Shown piece after piece: positions 61,705 through 63,810 of a DNA stretch of 63,810 bases. Made by a program: the position numbers and the translations under genes. The notes under the pieces are model-generated. The model saw nothing but the letters and a program-made list of their open reading frames with translations, was not told the DNA's origin and did not search any database. The first letter of the stretch is position 1. Each line of letters starts with the position of its first letter. Source of the stretch: Candidatus Limnocylindria bacterium (GTDB lineage: Bacteria > Chloroflexota > Limnocylindria > QHBO01); NCBI GenBank assembly GCA_036380455.1, contig DASVEQ010000035.1, positions 1 to 63,810 on the forward strand, in the 5' to 3' direction.

Positions 61705-62301
61705 TCAGTCGACCGGAGCGAACCCGTGGCCGCCCATGATCCGCCAGCGCAGGCCGTCGTGGGTGAGGCGGTACAGCGCCGGCGTCGGCATGGACATGTG
61801 GAAGTCGAACCCGACGCCCGGCTCGAGCGCCTGGAGGATGAGGCTGATGAGGTTGCCGTGGCTGCCGAGCACGAGGCGGCCGCCGTCCGGGTGCCGGACG
61901 CGCAGCAGGTCGAGCGTGGCGACGGCCCGCCGCTGGGCCTCACGTCCCGACTCTCCGCCGGGCATCGAGAAGTCGGCGTCCGTCCACGCGCGCTCCAGCG
62001 ATTCGCGCCAGCCGTCGTGCTGCTCCGCCGACAGGCGCCGCTCCCGGAGATCGTCGAGCAGCTGGACGCCCAAGCGACGCCGCTCCGCCAGGATGGTCAC
62101 CATCTCGACGGATCGCGCGTACGGCGAGGAGTAGATCGCGGTGATCTCCCAGCCGTCGAGCTCCGCGGCCAGCTCGAGAGCCGCCGAACGACCGGCAGGA
62201 GTGAGCGGGCGGTCGTCATCGGCGATGTCGGGCGTGCCGAACGGCATCGGCTCGGCATGCCGGACCAGAAGGACGTCGAGGGCGGCGAGCGACGAGGTCA
62301 C
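61705..62301 (-). CDS. Histidine phosphatase (phosphoglycerate-mutase-like) family protein
   Basis: LLVRHAEP (RHG-type motif) and GSHGNLI. GTG start at 62301, overlapping the MOSC gene stop. Confidence 0.8.
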   Translation of the reverse strand: MTSSLAALDVLLVRHAEPMPFGTPDIADDDRPLTPAGRSAALELAAELDGWEITAIYSSPYARSVEMVTILAERRRLGVQLLDDLRERRLSAEQHDGWRESLERAWTDADFSMPGGESGREAQRRAVATLDLLRVRHPDGGRLVLGSHGNLISLILQALEPGVGFDFHMSMPTPALYRLTHDGLRWRIMGGHGFAPVD

Positions 62302-62741
62302 GCCGGGCGAACGGGATCGCCGACGCCGATCTCCCCGTCCGACAGGATGCTGGCTCGCAGCCCGGCCCGATGGGCCAGCTCGCGAAGGACCGGCCGGCCG
62401 ATGGATCCCTCCAGCGTGCTGCACGGCTCGCACAGCCGCTCGCCGCGACAGCGCACCTCCCCGACCGTGAACTCCCGACCGACGAGCGAATTCACGTCGA
62501 TGCCGCGCACCGTGATGTTGCGTCGCGTGCTCCCCGGCTCGAGCCCGAGCTCGTCGAGCACCTCGCCGGCCACCAGCGTCAGCTCGCGGTCGCCCGCCGG
62601 GTGGTCGGACCAGGTGCCGCGCTCGGAGGCGTAGCGGTCGCCCTCGATCCCGACTCCGGCCTGGAGCCGGGCTCGCTCGAGCGCCGTCATCGGGCCGCCC
62701 GCCCGATCGGTGATGTGGATCGCTTCGACACGGCCGTCCAA
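62298..62741 (-). CDS. MOSC-domain protein
   Basis: GIEGDRY... and the conserved-Cys context RLCEPCSTLE. Confidence 0.8.
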   Translation of the reverse strand: MDGRVEAIHITDRAGGPMTALERARLQAGVGIEGDRYASERGTWSDHPAGDRELTLVAGEVLDELGLEPGSTRRNITVRGIDVNSLVGREFTVGEVRCRGERLCEPCSTLEGSIGRPVLRELAHRAGLRASILSDGEIGVGDPVRPA

Positions 62742-62797
62742 GGTGGCGAGTCTAGCGCGGCGCGGGGGCGGGATCGACCCGTCGTGGATGCCGAGCT

Positions 62798-63229
62798 CTA
62801 CTCGCCCCCGGACGCCAGGCCCGCGAAGTACGCCGTCACGATGGCCTCCCCATGGGCCGCGAAGAAGTGATCGATGCCCTTCCCGTCCGCGGCCTTTCCG
62901 CCATCCGCGAAGGCCCGGCCGTTCGCGCCGATGAGGTCCCTGGTGAAGATCGTGACCTCGGCGGGCACGCCCATCTCGAGCGCGGCCTCGAAGGCGACCT
63001 CCGCCTGTTCCGCGGTCAGCGCCGTGTCGACGCCGGGGATGCCAAAGAAGTGAATGATCGTGAAGAGCTCGGCGACCGATTCCGTCGACCAGTTGGCCGA
63101 GTGACTCGCCCCGGCGTTGCCCTGCGTGGACCGCGAGGCGTTATAGCACTCGTGGGCCAGGGTGGCACCGGCGGTGACGGCGATGAGCGAGACGGCCAGC
63201 ACCGTGGCCCGTGCGACGCGCGTGATCAT
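62798..63229 (-). CDS. Secreted protein of unknown function
   Basis: Signal peptide MITRVARATVLAVSLIAVTAGATLAHE. Start at ATG 63229. Confidence 0.6.
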   Translation of the reverse strand: MITRVARATVLAVSLIAVTAGATLAHECYNASRSTQGNAGASHSANWSTESVAELFTIIHFFGIPGVDTALTAEQAEVAFEAALEMGVPAEVTIFTRDLIGANGRAFADGGKAADGKGIDHFFAAHGEAIVTAYFAGLASGGE

Positions 63230-63498
63230 GGACTCGAGGTCCTCCCCACATGATTGGCGGTGGCGGCGGAGGGCACCCGCCGCACGGTGACGGCTCCAGC
63301 CTGCGGGGTCGTCCCGGCTGACGACCACGGCCCGACGCCCCGGGATCGGCTACGTCGTTCAGCCGATGCGCTGGCACACCGGACCTGCTCAGACCACCCC
63401 GTTGCCCACCGCTCGCTGCGGCCGATGTAATCCCGGGCCGCCCCCCGCGTTCTGTCGTCGCACTCATCGCGCCCGTATCGACAACGTGGAGGAATTCG

Positions 63499-63810
63499 AT
63501 GTCCGTCTCCGAGAAGAAGCCGCGAAGCGCGACGCGCCTCGCCGCCGCTGGCCCCGGCGCGCTCACCGCCGTCCTGCTGGTCGGGGCGGTGGCGTTCGGA
63601 GCGTCCAGCCTGCGCGGGCCATCGGCCGCCAGCCCGGATCCGAAGCCGGCCGGCGACCAGGTTGCCGAGCTGCTGCCTGCGCCAAAGCACGACGGGAAGC
63701 CGTACCCCGACCAGGCCGACCCCAAGCCGACCGCCAGACCGACCGACAAGCCGAAGCCGACCGAGAAGCCGAAGCCGACCGAGAAGCCCAAGGAAGAGCC
63801 GACGGAGGAG
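63499..63810 (+). CDS. Membrane-anchored or secreted Pro/Lys-rich repeat protein, 5' part only (continues beyond the window)
   Basis: GGAGG at 63488-63492 is followed by ATG 63499. The product reads MSVSEKKPRSATRLAAAGPGALTAVLLVGAVAFGA... then PKPTARPTDKPKPTEKPKPTEKPKEEPTEE. It is not in the ORF track because there is no stop codon within the window. Confidence 0.7.
   Translation, partial: MSVSEKKPRSATRLAAAGPGALTAVLLVGAVAFGASSLRGPSAASPDPKPAGDQVAELLPAPKHDGKPYPDQADPKPTARPTDKPKPTEKPKPTEKPKEEPTEE

Noticed and set aside
63230-63498. 269-nt GC-rich untranslated region with hairpins upstream of the Pro/Lys-rich protein gene (riboswitch-like?)
   Set aside because: I could not recognise any known riboswitch consensus by eye. 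It would need an Infernal/Rfam scan.

Overview
Very GC-rich chromosomal segment with strong third-position GC bias. The gene content looks Actinomycetota-like: coenzyme F420 biosynthesis (cofD/cofC/cofE) plus several F420-type LLM/PPOX enzymes, a MarP-type protease, a PknB-type kinase, an Mca/MshB-like PIG-L deacetylase, and TAGAPuT-like -10 boxes directly abutting start codons. A Chloroflexota-type lineage cannot be excluded from sequence alone. I can support about 70 protein-coding genes. I saw no rRNA, tRNA, CRISPR, transposase, integrase or phage genes. Gene blocks in order: (1) a TetR regulator with a divergent membrane protein, then MarP; (2) hydantoin/pyrimidine catabolism (CN-hydrolase and dihydropyrimidinase) with a cupin and an F420-type LLM; (3) a GNAT translationally coupled to an eRF1/Pelota-like (baeRF-type) gene; (4) an F420 island; (5) a Ser/Thr kinase and hom-asd; (6) a DUF885 gene, then a sulfatase-like membrane protein, a micro-ORF and a two-domain methyltransferase; (7) trans-editing factors YbaK and AlaX; (8) three tandem paralogous ECF sigma / single-pass partner pairs flanked by decayed gene fragments; (9) an MFS/MarR cluster; (10) acs; (11) a DtxR-family regulator and an operon led by a giant acidic (Glu-Pro)n membrane protein; (12) lysA and small enzymes. 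Non-coding highlights are two related 3 x 51-bp tandem repeat arrays, three copies of a 134-bp MITE/REP-like element with 12-bp inverted termini and an invariant 110-nt interior, and many leaderless-type promoters. Most long antisense or alternative-frame ORFs in the supplied track are GC-content artefacts. All family assignments come from motif recognition by eye, not from database searches.
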